Notes: generated by a model not told the origin, from the letters alone. 64,000 nt of DNA from Mobula hypostoma (GCF_963921235.1 NC_086097.1:38690001-38754000), one strand, 5' to 3'; shown: positions 35,777 to 49,950, numbered from the stretch's first letter. Numbers and translations: made by a program.

Positions 35777-38700
35777 GTAAGATGTTATATTTGCTCCTGT
35801 AAACATCACTAAACTATTTATAGGAGTGGGGCTTTGTGATGGAATAGATTAAGATTGTTTCCCAGATCCATTTGTCTCTGGCAACAAATCTATAACAGGT
35901 TCAATTCTATCAGGAGCAATGCCAAAGTAGACAGAGCATGACTGAAAATATACTTTATCTTACATGGTCATGGCCAGTGATTCCCAGGAGTCAGTGAGAT
36001 GTTGCTTTTCTTCAAGGAAGCTTTGTGCATGTTGCTCAATCTTTTCCTCTGCCTGGCTTGTCATCTCTTCCCTTGATTGGGACAGGTTGTCCGATGTTGG
36101 GTGTGAGAATTATAGAACCTGATCCACTATAATTGTGCTCTTGAAGATGGAGATGTTGCCCTGGAAAAAGGCGCTGATATTGGTTTGCTTATCATTCAGA
36201 GAATTTGAGAGATTTTGCAGATTAGCTTTATGGTGCCCTGAGGTGGACGCTGTGGGCATTCTTGACCTTAGGAGTGTACAGGAGTGCAGGGATCAATGTT
36301 GCTCTGCATATAGGTACTGAAAATCACTTCATTTGTTTGTTCACACTGAGAGGGAGATCAGACAGGTCTGAAAACAAACACATAAACAGGAAGTTCTGGA
36401 ATCATTCAGCAGATCAGGCAGAATATGTGGAAAGTGAAACAAAGTTGATGTTCCAGGTGTAAACTGAAACATTCATTCTGTCCTCATTAGTCCCTGAAAT
36501 TTTAACTACTTTTCTCTTTCCACTAAGTGAACAAGCTGAGTAGCTCCAGCATTTCCTATTTGAGCATCTGCTTTTAAAAAAAAACTTCATTTGAATACTG
36601 GAAGTTCAGCTAAGGGATAAGGAATGTGTGGTATGTCCTGGGGCAGGACAATGTGTGGGTTTTTAAAGCAAAAACAAAATTGTTCAATGCCACATGAATC
36701 TTCAACTGGAAAATGTTCTGGGTGATTCATAAAAACTTACCGGTGTGCCATTAGTCTTTTAGTTTTACTGCTGAAAACTTTAAATGTATTTCATTTCTTA
36801 CTGAGTGGTCACTGTAGGAGTAATAAAGAGACTTTGGACACCTTGGGTGTAATAGAGAGTGACACCCTCTCACATAGTGCAAACAATGAAATAGGTATTT
36901 TTTAGTATCCAGGGGTACATTGGACTGTGCAATTGGAGGTCACTATGTGGGCTTTACATTTTGGAATATGAAGCAGGTGCAAACATTAGACATAGTCTTT
37001 AACAGCCAATTCTTTGAGCTCTACTCCTAATATTGACACTATGGAGTACAGAATCTTGTTGAAGTTATTTGAATACTTAAATCCAGGTCTCCTTTCCAGC
37101 CATGTGTTAGAGTTTTTGTCTTTTTTTTCAGCACATTACAGGCCCTTCGGCCCACAATGTTGTGCCGACCATGTAACCAACTCTAGAAACTGCCTAGAAT
37201 TTTCCTAGCGCATAGCCCCCCATAGCTCCTTGTACCCATCTAAAAGGCTCTTAAAAGACCTATTGTATCCGCTTCCACCATTGCCACCGGCATTGCGTTC
37301 CACGTGGAATATTGATTCTCAGGAATATTGCCGCCAAAAATGCTCTTTGCCCGTTCTGGTTTCCATCGGTTAACTGGTCTGTAGTTATCTCTGATAAACT
37401 ATCATCAGTCACTTTTGGCATATGCTGATGCAGTTTTTGCCCCATTACAGTTACCAAGTGATACGCCACTGCAGAGCTGCTGACAAGTTCACAGTAGCTG
37501 CAGCGTGTTCCCATTCAATACATTCGTTTACTAGGCAACCCGCAACACAATATCCCTGCAGTTAAATGAAGTGGTAGAGTTAATTATGATTGGCCTTAAT
37601 TAGAGAGGGTGTGTTGTGGTCTCTAAACATGGCCCTTAGATATTGATGGGTGAACCAAAGACTGCTAAGAACCTGAACCCTTGGAAAATGATCTCCCCAT
37701 CAAATATATTGAAACTATAGTTTGTAAGACACTGCAGGCTTCACCCAAAAGGCAGAAATACACAGGCAAAACAGCGACACAGGAAGTTAAGTGCTAAATG
37801 CCAAGAATAATATATTGAGGGTACATTTTCAACTCAATCATGACTTTTATTCAGATTTAAATGATCATTTGTACAGGCAAGGTGCATTGTACATAGACGC
37901 ACCAAGGTCATGAATTGAATTAAAAATAGACTTTGTTTCCTTTATTGATCACAAAATTCAATTCAGGAAACATCTGGGTCTGACACAGTCATCACTAGTA
38001 AGGCTTCACAATTCTACTCGAGCATTGCAAAAGCTAAGGTTAACTGTAAGGTTTTAAAACTAAATTGCAAACTTAGTGGAAAACACTAAATCTAAAGATG
38101 TCACAAACATTAATGAATGCCCGTTTCCATAACAACCCATGACACATTCACCAGCATTGCATGGATCCAGAACACTTGAGGGACCTGCTGAGATGGGTGT
38201 ATTTAAAGGCTTCACTCTAAAGGGTGCACCAGACTGAAATGAAGTTAGGATGTCTCCATTTAGTACCTAGGGATCATTAAAAACATTAATTAGCTCACAC
38301 TGTTGTTTATTGTAGATAGATTCAAGAGGTAATTTTGTTTTTAAATCTAGAGGCTCAGTATCAGAACAATCAAAAATAATTCTTCAATTAAAAGAAAATC
38401 CAGACCGAATTTTGCAAATTGTGCCCAACACCAGTACTTATTCCCATTAGCCAAGCTAACCTGGTCCAGGTCTGAAACACAGATATCACCGGCCTGGACA
38501 ATTCCAGCACTGATCAAGGAGGAATGGAACAGGGACAGGACCTCAAATGCCATTTTTATGGGATGCTTGAGCAAGAAATACAAAAGAAAAGGCTTTGGAA
38601 ATGAGTAGGGGAGTGGGATAAGTGGAGAGCTTTTCCAAGAAGCTGGCACAAATATTATGATCAAAATAGTCTCTTTTGCATTTCTGGGAGGACTGGCATG

Positions 38701-38789
38701 ATCGTTTTACCATCTCAATCAAACTTTGGAACTTCACACAAAGCAGCACACTCCTGGCACAGTAGGGAAGTTTTTAGTTTAGTCTCTTT

Positions 38790-39295
38790 ATGGAATACAG
38801 GCATTTCTGGCAAAGAAAATAGTGTTCATTCCAAATTGTTCCTGAAAAGGTGATGCCAATCTAACTTCGTGAGCCACTTCAGTCCTTCTGGTAAAGGTAT
38901 TCCCAGGAAATGTTGGATTTGGAATTCGGGGATATAGTGGCAGCAGCAATAAAGGAATTTTCAAGTCAGCATGGTGTGAAGAGAAACATGGTGGTCTTCC
39001 TATACACCTGCTGCCCGTGTCTCTCTGTGGTGGAGTTGTGGGAGGTGCTATTGGAGTAGTTTGGGCAAGTAACTACACTTCATTTGTAGATGGCATATAC
39101 TGCAACCCTGATGCACCGGTGATGGAGGATATGAATGCTAGGGTGCCAATCAAGCAGGCTGATTTGCCCTGGATGGTGTCGAACTTCTTGAGTGCTGTTG
39201 GCATTGCACTCATCCAGGCAAGTGGAAAGTATTCCATCATGCTCCAGACTTTTTCCTTGTAGATGGTGGAAACAATTTGGGGCATCCAAGTAGAT
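38790..39295 (-). mobile_element. old CR1/L2-group LINE 3' fragment
   Basis: Minus ORF YKEKVWSMMEYFPLAWMSAMPTALKKFDTIQGKSACLIG, a non-LTR RT C-terminal motif. Confidence 0.65.
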
Positions 39296-39659
39296 TAACA
39301 CTCAGACCTTTCAAATTGGACTTGAATTGACAGCCTGTAAGGCAGCATGCTAATCTTAACCAAGGCTGGCTTTATGCCTGAACTCTGTGTTATTGTAAGG
39401 ATTGCGGCTTAAGAATTCTGGAGATCTTTATTTTTATCTTTTTATTCCTCATTAGTAATATTTCCTACTTTCAGAACTCATTCTGATTTGGTGACATGTA
39501 CATTAATAGTTAACATTACATATTAACATCTATAGTTGTGGTGGCTTAATCTGTCAAACTTCCTTCACACTTTCTGCCCGCCTTTCCTTCTGAAATCATA
39601 AAACTTTACAAAGCTTTGCTCTGGTATTCTCTGTTCAGATTTTGTTAGTTTTCATTGAG

Positions 39660-42600
39660 TTATGGAATCATACAGCATAGAAATGGGCCTTCAGCCTACC
39701 CCATCCACCATTCTGCCCATCTGCACTAATCAAATTTGCCCACATTAGGTCCCTGTCCTTCTGTGGCACCTAAACAAAGTGATTGTGTTTGATTCCAACA
39801 CCTACTCTGGCAGTAGGTTCTAGATATCAACCTCCTTCTGTGTAAAAAAAGAATCGAATCCCCTTTAAAAATCCTCTACCTCACCTTAAACCGGTGCTCC
39901 CTTGCATTTGAAACCTTTATGGGGTAAAAAGTTCTGATTATCGACCTACCCTCGTCTGTCATACATATCTCCATCAGAATACCCTTCTCACACCTACACT
40001 TCAGGGAAGACAAGCCCAGCCTATTTCACCTCTCCCCATAACTAAAGATCCAGTCAACACCCTAGTGAGTCTCCCCTGCAATCAATCCTTCCCGTAGTGT
40101 GGTAACAGAACTGCACACACTACTCCAAGCGCAGTCTAACCAGATGCAGTTTGCCAAGACTGATGTTCTAGCCTTGACCTACAGTATGAAAGCAAGCATG
40201 CCTTATGCTTTCTTTGCCAGAGTATCTGCCTGCATTGCCAGTTTCTGGGAGCAGTAGATTTGAACCCCACAGAGTCTCTGTTTACCATCATTCCTCAGCA
40301 CACGACTACTTACTGTATTTGTCCCACCAATATATGACTTCCCAAACTGCATCACCTTGCACTTGTTGAGAATCAGAATCAGATATATTATCACTGAAAA
40401 ATGTCGTAATATTTGTTGTTTTGTGACAACAGTACAGTGCAAGACACAGAAATTACTTAAAGTCACAAAAATAAACAAACAAACGAATGAACAAATAGTG
40501 CAAATGACGCAAAATGAGGTAGTGTTTATGGGTTCAGGGGTTGCTCAGAAATCTGTTGGTGGAGGGGCAAAATCTGTGACTAAAGTATTGGGTGTGGGTC
40601 TTCGGGCTCTTACATCTCCTCCCTGATGGTAGTAATGAGAAGAGGGCATGACCTGGATGGTGAGGGTCCTTCCTGAAGTACTGCCCCTTGAAGATGTCCT
40701 CGCTGGAGGGGAGGGTTGTATCAGTGATGGAGCTCGCTGAGTCTACAACTCTCTGCAGCCTCTCGCCATCCTGTACAGTGGAGCCTCCACACCAGGCTGT
40801 GATACAACCAGTCAGAATGCTCTCTGCCACATCTGGAGAAATTTGCAAGATTCTTTGGTGACGACCAAATTTCTTCAAATGCCTGATAAAATAGAACCTT
40901 TGAGGCGCTGTCCTCATGATTGCATCAGTATGTTGGACGCAGGTTAGATCGTTTGAGATAATGACCCCAAGATCTTGTAACTGCTTACCTTTTCCACTGC
41001 TGACTCCTCGATGAAGATTGGAGTTTGTTCTCCTGGTTTCTCCTTCCTGAATTCCACGATCAATTTCTTGGTCTTGTTGAAGTTGAGTGCAAGGATAGTG
41101 TTTAGGCATCACTCAGCCAGCTGATCTGTCTCACTCCTGTATGCCTCTTTATTGTCTACAGAGATTCTGCCAACAACAGTGGTGGAATTGGTGAATTTAT
41201 AATGGCATTTGAGCTGTGCCTAGACACACAGTCATGAGTGTGGTTGCGCCTGTGTTGATTACCTGTGAGAAGGTGATGTTATTACCAGCTCATGCTGACT
41301 GTGCAAATCAAGGATCCAATTGCAGAGGGAGGTACAGAGGCCTAGGTTTCAAAACTTATCAATTAGTACTGAAGGGATGATGGTGTTGAATGCCGAGTTG
41401 TAATTGATTAACAGCAGTCTGACGTATATTTTACCGTGGTCCAAAGCATAGTGGAGAACCAGTGAGACTGCTTCTGTTGTAGACTTGCTGGTGTGATTGG
41501 CGAATTGCAGTAGCTCCACATTCCTGCTGAGGCAAGAATTGTTCTAGCTATGACCAACTTCTAAATGCACTTCATCACAATGCATGTGAATGCCACCAAG
41601 CAACAGTTGTTGAGCAGCTCATCTGGCTCTTCTTGGACACCAGTATGACTGGTGCCCTTTTGAAGCAGGTGGGAACCTCAGACTGCAGCAGTGAGAGCTT
41701 GAAGACATCCTTGAACACTCCAGCCTGTGGGTTCGTACAGGTTTTAAGTTCCCTGTCAGGGACACTGTTGGGACCTGACACCTTGTGAGGGTGCACCCTC
41801 TTGAGGTACTTTCTGACGTTGACCTCGAAAGACAGAGATCACAGGTTCCCCGTGAGGATTCACACAGGTGTGATGTTACCCTCCCTCTATACAAACATGC
41901 ATAAAAGACTTTGTGCTCATCTAGGAGTGAGGCATCTCTAACATTTATGCTGCTAGCTTTTGCTTCATAGGCAGACCCTGTGCATCAACTGCATCACTAA
42001 CTTCCTGTGGAATTACCTTCTCTCTCTCACAACGGCCTTCCATGGGTTCTACCTGGACTTTTTGTAGGATTCTGGATCACTGGACTTGAATGCCACAGAT
42101 CTATCCCTGTGATTCTCCTGGTTCATTCAGACCTCCTGGTTTGGGAAGACACAGAACACTCTTGAAGGCACACATTTATCCACGCGCTTCTTGCTGATCT
42201 GAGGATGAATCCCTGAATGTGGTGTAGTGCACCGATTCAAAGCAGACTGTGAGCTATCCTCCACCTCCCTTGACCATACACCTTCATGGCCCTCACCACC
42301 GGTGCTGCGCTCCTCAGCTTCTGCCTGTATGCCGGGAGTAGAAGTACAGCCCGGTGAACGGACTTGCCAAAGTGCGAGTGTGAGATGACAAGTTCCTGAT
42401 CGTGGAGTAACAGTGATCGAGTGGGTTGGCTCCCCTGGTTTTCCAGGTGACTTATTGGTGGTAGTTGGTCAGAGACTTCTTCAACCTAGCCTGGATGAAG
42501 TCCCTGTGATGATCTGGAAGGCATCAGTGTGCACTGTCTCATGACTGTTCATTACAGTGCTCAGCTCCTCCTGTGCCATCCTGATATCTGCCCAAGATGG

Positions 42601-43200
42601 AATTTCATCTATCAATGATCCCCCTAGAATTACAACATATCCTGCTGTACCCTTAGACAACCTTCCTTGCTATTCATGATAATTTAAATTTCGATGTAAT
42701 TTGCAAACTTACTAATCACCTCTCCGTCATTTGCACCCGTGTCAGCAGTAGATACTACAAACAATAAAGGTCCCAATCACTACGGCACATGACTAGTCAC
42801 AGACTTCCAATTAGAAAACTATCCCTCATCTATTATCCACTGCCTCCTATCACCAAGCCAATTTTAGATCTAGATTGCCAGTTTGACTTGAATCCCATCT
42901 GCTCTAACCTTCTGGACCAACCTATCAGGCAAAACCTTGTCAATACCTTATAAAAGTCCATGTAGATGTTACCTACCATCCAGTTGTCATCAATCTTCTT
43001 AGTTACCTCCTGAAGAAAACTCAGTCAGATTAGTGAGAGAAGATAACCTCCACATAAAGCCAAGTTATTTATTCCCGTTCAGCTCCTCCCTTTCCGAATG
43101 TACATAAATCCTACTCGTGGAATGTTACTACCACTGACATAATGCTCACCAGCCTATGGTTACCAGGCTTCTGTCTGCTGCCCTTCCTAAATAAAAGAAC
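39660..43200 (-). mobile_element. decayed CR1 LINE split by a Rex1-type insertion at about 40368-42590
   Basis: CR1 tail at 39665. KCKVMQFGKS lies left of the insert, and RT remnants (caaacttactaatc, aaaaccttgtcaa...aaagtccatgta) lie right of it. Confidence 0.7.
40368..42590 (-). mobile_element. Rex1/Babar-type LINE
   Basis: gagaatcagaatcag tail; AESILTGCITAWCG, HHPGHALFSLLPSGRR, SEVPTCFKRA. Confidence 0.85.
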
Positions 43201-43329
43201 TGGGGGAATTAAAATTCTGGCCAAGGAGGGGACCATTGAAACAGACACAGAGTTTTGAATTTGGAAATTTGGAAAATATTTATACAAAGATTCCTCTGTT
43301 CGCCACTAATTTTAAGCTTGCGTATGTTA

Positions 43330-43715
43330 CTTTGATTATTAAGTTGTTTGCTCTGGAGACTGATAGAAGTTTATTAAATTGTGCAAGACATAAGTAGGAT
43401 AATCAGAATCTTTGTCCCAGGGTAGAAAGGCCAAAATTTAGAGGACATAAATTTAAGGTGGGAGGAGGAAAGTTGAAAGGAGATGTGTGGGGTAAGTTTT
43501 TTTTTTACACAGCCAGCTGTACGTGCAGGAACACACTATGAGGGGTGAGGGAAACTGATACAACGGTGGCTTTTGAGAGGCTTTAAGATAGGCACATGGA
43601 AATGCAAGGAAGGGAAGGATATGGAAAAGAGACTTTGTTTGATTTGTTATGATGTTTGGTGCAGATATTGCAGGCCGAAGAGCCTGTTCCTGTGCTGAAC
43701 TGTTTTGTGTTCTAT
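43330..43715 (+). mobile_element. CR1 3' end fragment abutting the last kcnk10 acceptor
   Basis: gaggacataaatttaaggtg...gcaggccgaagagcctgttcctgtgctgaactgttttgtgttcta tail. Confidence 0.75.
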
Positions 43716-43760
43716 TAATTCATGCTGTGCGAGAATAAATAATGATTCATGTATCTGCAG

Positions 43761-44366
43761 GTTGGTGAGATTAAAGCCCATGCTGCTGAATGGAAAGCTA
43801 ATGTGACAGCAGAATTCAGGGAAACTCGGAGACGGTTAAGTGTGGAGATTCATGACAAACTTCAGAGGGCAGCAACGATCCGGAACATGGAGCGAAGGCG
43901 GCTTGGTTTGGACCAGCGAGCTCATTCCCTGGACATGCTCTCCCCTGAGAAACGGTTAGCATTTGCAGGTCTGGAAACAGGCCAGTTCAAAGCATCATCT
44001 CAGGAAAGTATAAACGGCAATGCTAACAGTCTGCAGCAGAAGGAGGCAAGGCAATATGACAAGCACATGCAAGGAGCGTCAGAAGACAATATCATCAATA
44101 AATGTGGATCTTCTTCGAGAGGAGTCAAGAGATACAAAAATAAAGAACTTAAAAGAGAAATAGCAGAGGATGTTAGAAAAATATATGAAACGTTTGGGAA
44201 TTGTGCAGTGGATCAAGAGAAAAAGGATCATGAAGAAGAGAAAGAAAGCAACACAGATGTTCCAGCGATAACGAGTTACGTTCAGCACCCAGAGGCAGAG
44301 CATGATGGGGTAACTAATGAAACCAAAAATCCAGAGAACAGGAACTTACTTGAAAAGAAGATATAA
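43761..44366 (+). CDS. kcnk10: kcnk10 exon 7 (cytoplasmic C-terminus, stop)
   Basis: Acceptor gtatctgcag|GTT. Encodes [65 protein letters not shown]..., a TREK-2-type tail with the RRLS PKA motif. TAA at 44364-44366. Confidence 0.98.
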   Translation, partial: VGEIKAHAAEWKANVTAEFRETRRRLSVEIHDKLQRAATIRNMERRRLGLDQRAHSLDMLSPEKRLAFAGLETGQFKASSQESINGNANSLQQKEARQYDKHMQGASEDNIINKCGSSSRGVKRYKNKELKREIAEDVRKIYETFGNCAVDQEKKDHEEEKESNTDVPAITSYVQHPEAEHDGVTNETKNPENRNLLEKKI

Positions 44367-45207
44367 AATTATTCAGTGAACAATGTAACAACTTTGAGGA
44401 TTTTAAAAATTCTTGACATGTGCCTTATCATTTTCAAAATGTGAGAACGTTATTTTAAACACGTGCATGGTCCACGGAACCTTTAATTTGCCACTGTGAT
44501 ATAAGGGTTTCACTACCAAATATCAGACTTCAGCTGTTTGAAACATGACCATGTGCTTTGAGAAGGACCATACAAACATGGGGAAAATGTTAAGAGGACC
44601 TATTGCTCATTACCAATGCAGTATATTTTAGGAAGGAAGTGGATGGCTCGATACATTGTTATCAGATGTCCCACTTAATCTCTGTGTATGTTTACTACTG
44701 AGAGGATTCAACTTTGGAATATTTATTTCCTCTAATTTATTATAACTGTTATACAATTTTTAAACGTCAATTTGTGCGAACACCTTGTGCATCTGCTTGG
44801 CGTGTGCTGTATGACCCTTTTAAGATGTTACATTTGTGATAACAATAAGACTTCTGCCTGCAGAACAATGTGGCGAAGTTACATTGTTACAATGTCCTTG
44901 TGTAATTGCTAAAGAGTAACATAAGCACTGAACGAAAGTCTGCATGTTCACATCTTTGTAATTTAATATGCAACTTCTAAGACTAATCTTGATAAATGTT
45001 GATTTCTCAGGGCTCTCTTGTCCTGCTATTACAAAGTTTCCTATATTAGGTTTTAAACATTATAGGGTGTTGGGAATACTATTACACACAAGTAATGATT
45101 CAAAGAAAGCATGTTGGTTATACTGATCTATGATCATTCTCTTTGTTGTCTGTGATTCTTCTGCAATTACTACAATTAATTAGTATTGGTTCTTGAAAAT
45201 TAATATC

Positions 45208-45213
45208 AATAAA
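45208..45213 (+). terminator. candidate polyadenylation signal of kcnk10
   Basis: AATAAA about 840 nt after the stop, in repeat-free AT-rich sequence with T-rich tracts downstream. Other AATAAA hexamers lie near 46555 and 46717. Confidence 0.4.
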
Positions 45214-47265
45214 ATGAAGACAGAGCCTGTCAAAGTTAAGCAGGTATTTTTAATTGATGTTTCACCAATTTTTTCTTTTCCTTGGTATTAAGGCTACACC
45301 CTTGATTCCGTCTTCCTGTTGAAGAGGCTGGTAAAACAGGTTAGACATCCTGAAGTTGCCTAAAGTGCAGATGCTGCAGTTCAAAAAGATCAAAAAGATA
45401 TTTTTCCAGGGTCAAACATTTCTCCTCTGCAGAATTCTTAATTTATAGGCCTAATTGGGAACACACAGGCAAAATTCACAGGATACCTGATATATTTATG
45501 TCAGAAATTACCCAGACTGGAACTGGCAACCTTGGATATTTACCAAGTGGTTTTGAAGTCACAAAAGACAAAGAGCTTGGAAATGCATGCTCTGAGGACT
45601 ATTCTGGCTTAAACACTTTGTACACTTTAGATTCCCAATCACACCAAATTTCACAGACTTGGAGAAAGGAACTTAGTAATAACGCCTTCAGTGACTTAGC
45701 TGTGCATTTGTTAAGGCTCTGGCAATAGAATCGGGGAACGTTCCAAAATGGGCCACTGCCTATGTTCTTTTATTCCCTCTTGCCATGCCCCTCACTGCCA
45801 GAAAACCATGTGCAATCTGTTAAAGCATTTCTAGCCTGCATCAGTGGTGTTTCATTTCTGTTGTTGCAAATGTATTTGAGATTCTGTGCTGACCCATCAT
45901 GAATCCTCACCAGGAGCTGGCTTCAGAAAGAAATCCTGGCTGATTTCGTGACAGTCCCAACAGGCTCACGGATAAAGCTACATGAGGTTTCTGGTGAAAA
46001 TTTGGATCGTAGATTGTGGCCATGTTTTTAAGCATAGAACAATCTATGCCCAGCATATTTTGAAACAGCAGTGGAATTATGCAAGTAAAAATCAATTAAA
46101 GGGCAGATACGGAAATCTGAAATAAAACCAGAATATTCTGGAAATACTTGGGGGTCAGGCAGCATCTGAAGAAAGAGAAATAGAGTTATTGTTTCAGAGT
46201 GAAGACCGTATTGGGTTAATGTAAGATTATTTCCAACTGGTTAATTGAAAATCCAATTTTCATATTTTTTCATATTTATTTCTTTCTGTAAAGTTGTAAA
46301 ATTTTTGAACTAAAGAATGAATAATTTTCAAATGTTTTCTTTCTGTGATTATTGTTTGTCAGCATCAATGACTGTGTTCCATCAGATTTCATCTCGAAGT
46401 TAAAGATAAGTAATATTCTATGAAACCCATTGAGTTTGAATTTTCATATAACTCACATCGTGAGCTCTTCAGGAGAGTAACATTTATGTCAGTGTTGTGC
46501 CATTATGTGGCATTATTTCAGCTATGGAGTGCAATGCGATTTTGCTAAACTAAAAATAAACACCAGGGAAATAACCCCTCAGTACAGGAATTTCCAAGTG
46601 CAATTTGTCCAATTACATTTGATGTTTTTAATTCTTTACCAAAATCGGAGTTTGGTACAGTAGATATACAGTATATTTCTGGCAGGGTGTAGGTGACTGA
46701 TCACTCAAAGCAAGCAAATAAAGATACTTTGATCTATGTGATTAAGCATGAAAGTAGTATTGATGACAGACCATCAGTCTTTGCTACCCATGAAGCTGAC
46801 AGCTGATTTGCAAGTTTCGTGCACATGTAGATGATCAAATATTTATCTTTCTCTGATTATTCCTCGATCTTCCCTCATGTACACTTCAAGCTAATCTTAA
46901 GCCTGCGGTCTCTGCTCACTCACTGCACAATCTCGTCCAACAGTATAACTCCCTGAGATACCTCGATAAAATCGTTTAATATTGCCACACAAAACGTGAA
47001 CAGTACCGTGTCGTACACGCCCTTCTAGTCACTTTGTGGTGCTGACCTCTTGACCAGCTCTAAGATCCATCTAACCCTAACCTTTCACATTGCCCTCCAA
47101 TATTCTTCCATCTATTTGCCTATTTAAGTGTCTCTTAAATGTCCCTAATGTGGTTCTTTCTTCTCTGGCTCTGCTTTTATGTACTTACCACTCTCTGTGT
47201 ATAAAGGTCAATGCCCATTCGGCATTAGATTAATTCTACACCCTGAATAACTATAACTAGGAATG

Positions 47266-47474
47266 GTTCTTGTTCCTTTTCATGCCTTGTGGTGCATTGG
47301 GTGGCATTTTTGCCATTTCCGTAGCATTTGACTGTTTTTTTTTAACGAGGCCCAGTTGCTAGCTCGATGCTCAACCCAGCACGGATGGAAAGTGTGCAAG
47401 GAGCCAGCCGGATTCGAACTGGGGACCACTTGCATCGAAGTCCGGTGCTGATGTCACCACGCCACTGACTAGCT
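47266..47474 (-). mobile_element. tRNA-derived SINE, same head as 12822-13038 but different tail
   Basis: Shared acgaggcc..gctagctcgatgctcaacccagcacggatggaaag..ggattcgaac..agtccgg..gatg. Degenerate TSD ataactaggaatg / ataattaagaata. Confidence 0.8.
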
Positions 47475-47524
47475 ATAATTAAGAATAGCTAGGAAGATTT
47501 TTCAGGACGGTTGAAGCTAGTGAG

Positions 47525-49950
47525 CCTTATGTTACAGAACTGAGGGAAACCGAGGAGGTGATGTATAGGAGCTCCAGGGAGGTAGTCACCCCTGACTTGC
47601 TGGAGGCAGATACCCGGGTGACTGTCAGGAGAGGGAAAGGAAATGGGCAGCCAGTGCAGAGCACCCCCGTGGCTGTTTCCCTCAATAATAAGTATTCCGC
47701 TTTGGATACTGTTGATGGAGACGACCTGCCAGGTGGGAGCTGCAGTGACCAGGTCTCTGGCACTGACAGGGGTAGAACAGGACTGTAGTAATGATAGGGG
47801 ATTCCACAGTTAAAGGAGTAGACAGGAAATTCTGTGGATGTGGAAGAGATGCTATGACGGTAAGTTGCTTCCCAGGTGCCAGGGTCAGGGGCATCTTGGA
47901 TCGGGTTCACAGCCTTCTAAAGAGTGAGGGTGAGAAGCCAAAAGTCTTGGTACATATTGGCGCCAATGACATTGGTACGAAAAGGGAGAAGGCCCCAAAG
48001 ACGGAATTTAGGGAGTAAGGCAGAAAGCTGAAAAGCAGCATTTCCAGGGTAGTAATCTTCGGACTGCTGCCCGTGTCACTCACCAGTGAGGGTTAGAATA
48101 GGATGACTTGGCAGATGACTGGCTGGTTGAGGAACTGGAGCAGGGGACAGGGTTCCAGATTTCAATAGGTTCAATTTAATGTCAGAGAAATGTATACAGT
48201 ATACATGCTGAAATTCTTTTTCTTCGCAAACATTTCTGATCATTGGGATTTCTTCTGGGGAAGCTATGACCTGTATAGTTGAGTCTGTGGTGAGGAATGC
48301 AAATGCAATGTTAGCATTCATTTCAAGAGGACTAGAATATAAAAGCAAGGATGTAATGCTGAGGCCTTATGAGGAACTGGTGACACCTCACAAGGAGAAT
48401 TTAGAGCAGTTTTGGGCCCCTTATCTAAGAAAGGATGCGTTGACATTGGTGAGGTTCAAAGGAGGTTCATGAGAATGATTCCGGGAATGAAGGGGCTATC
48501 TTATGAGGAACAGCTGATGGCCCTGACCCTGTACACACTACAGTTTGGAAGAATGAAGGGGGATCTCATTGAAACCTATCAAGTGTTGAAAGGCCTAGAT
48601 AGAGTAGATGTGGAGAGGATGTTTCCTATAATGGGGGAAATCTCGGATCAGAAGTCACGGCTTCAGAATAGAGGGATGTCTATTTAGAATGGAGATGAGG
48701 AGGAATTTCTTTAGCCAGAGGGTTGTGAATCTGTGGAATTCATCGCCACAGGTGGGTTGTGGAGGCCAGGTCATTGGGCATATGTAAGTTTGCAGTTGAT
48801 AGGTTCTTGATTAGTCGGGGTGTGAAATCCTGTTCCACTAACTTGATTGGGATTTTTGTGGTGGTAACAAAGGAAATTGTTGAAGGCAGAGCAATAGAAT
48901 CTTCCTGTATGGACTTTATTAAGGCATTTGACAAAGTCCAGCAGGGTGAGCTGGCCCAGAAGGTTGAAGCACATGAATCCAGGGTGAGATGGATCTAAAG
49001 TGATAGTAGGCAGAGGTCAGTGATGGAAGGACATGTTTTTCTGATTGGAAATCTGTGGTGTACTGCAAGAATCAGGACTGGGATCTTTGTTATTTGTGAT
49101 ATGTATTAGCAACTCGGATGTGAATGTTGGAGGCATGTTAAGTAAACTTGCAGATTAGGATGATTAGATGTGACTTGATAGACGTGTAAAAGATGATAAG
49201 AGGCATAGATCAAGTGGATAGCCAGAGACTTTTTCCCAGGGCTGAAATATCGATAAGAGGGTCAACATTTTAAGGTGATTCAGGGAAAGTATGTTGGGAG
49301 TGGGGAGTCAGAAATAAGTGTTTTTGACACAGAAAGTGATGGGAGAATGGAAAGCACTGGCAGGGCTGGCGGTAGAGGTACATTAGGGAAATTTAAGATA
49401 CTCTTGGATAGGTAGATTGATGGAGGGCTATGTGGGAGGGAAGGGTTAAATTGATCTTAGACTAGGTTAAAAGGTCCGAACAACATCATGGGCCGAAGGC
49501 CCTGTATCGTGCTGTATTGTTCTATGTTCTAAGTTATTTAACACGAAGATTAGTGGTGTTGTTGATGGTGAGGAATGTTGTTTAAAGCTACTGCAGGGTA
49601 CAGATCAGATAAGAAGTAGGGCAGAGCATTGGCAGGTGGGAAACTAATACCGACAATTTTGAAATGGGGAGACATAAAACTGTAGCATGTCAAGAAATGT
49701 TAATGAATAAAGAGACCTACGGTTCCAAGTTCATTATTCCCTGAAAATGGCAACAGAGGTCAATGGGGTGAAAAAAAACAGGTCAATAGCATATGCATGC
49801 TTGACATTATAGTTCAGGGCATGGAAAATGAAAGTTAGGATGTTATGTTGCAACTTCACAAAGTAATGGTTACGGTACACCTGCTGTATTGTGTACAGTT
49901 CTGGTTGCCACTCTATAGGAAGCATGAGATTGCATTCTTGATCCTTGTTG
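47525..49950 (+). mobile_element. cluster of CR1 LINE fragments (ORF1 esterase-like and RT pieces)
   Basis: IGDSTVKGVDR..CFPGARV..VHIGAND (CR1 ORF1 SGNH-like), ANAMLAFISRGLEYKSKD, DFIKAFDKV; several tails. Confidence 0.85.

Noticed and set aside
44352..44363. C-terminal EKKI as an ER-retrieval dilysine signal
   Set aside because: Lysines are at -3/-2, not the -4/-3 or -5/-3 required for KKXX/KXKXX.
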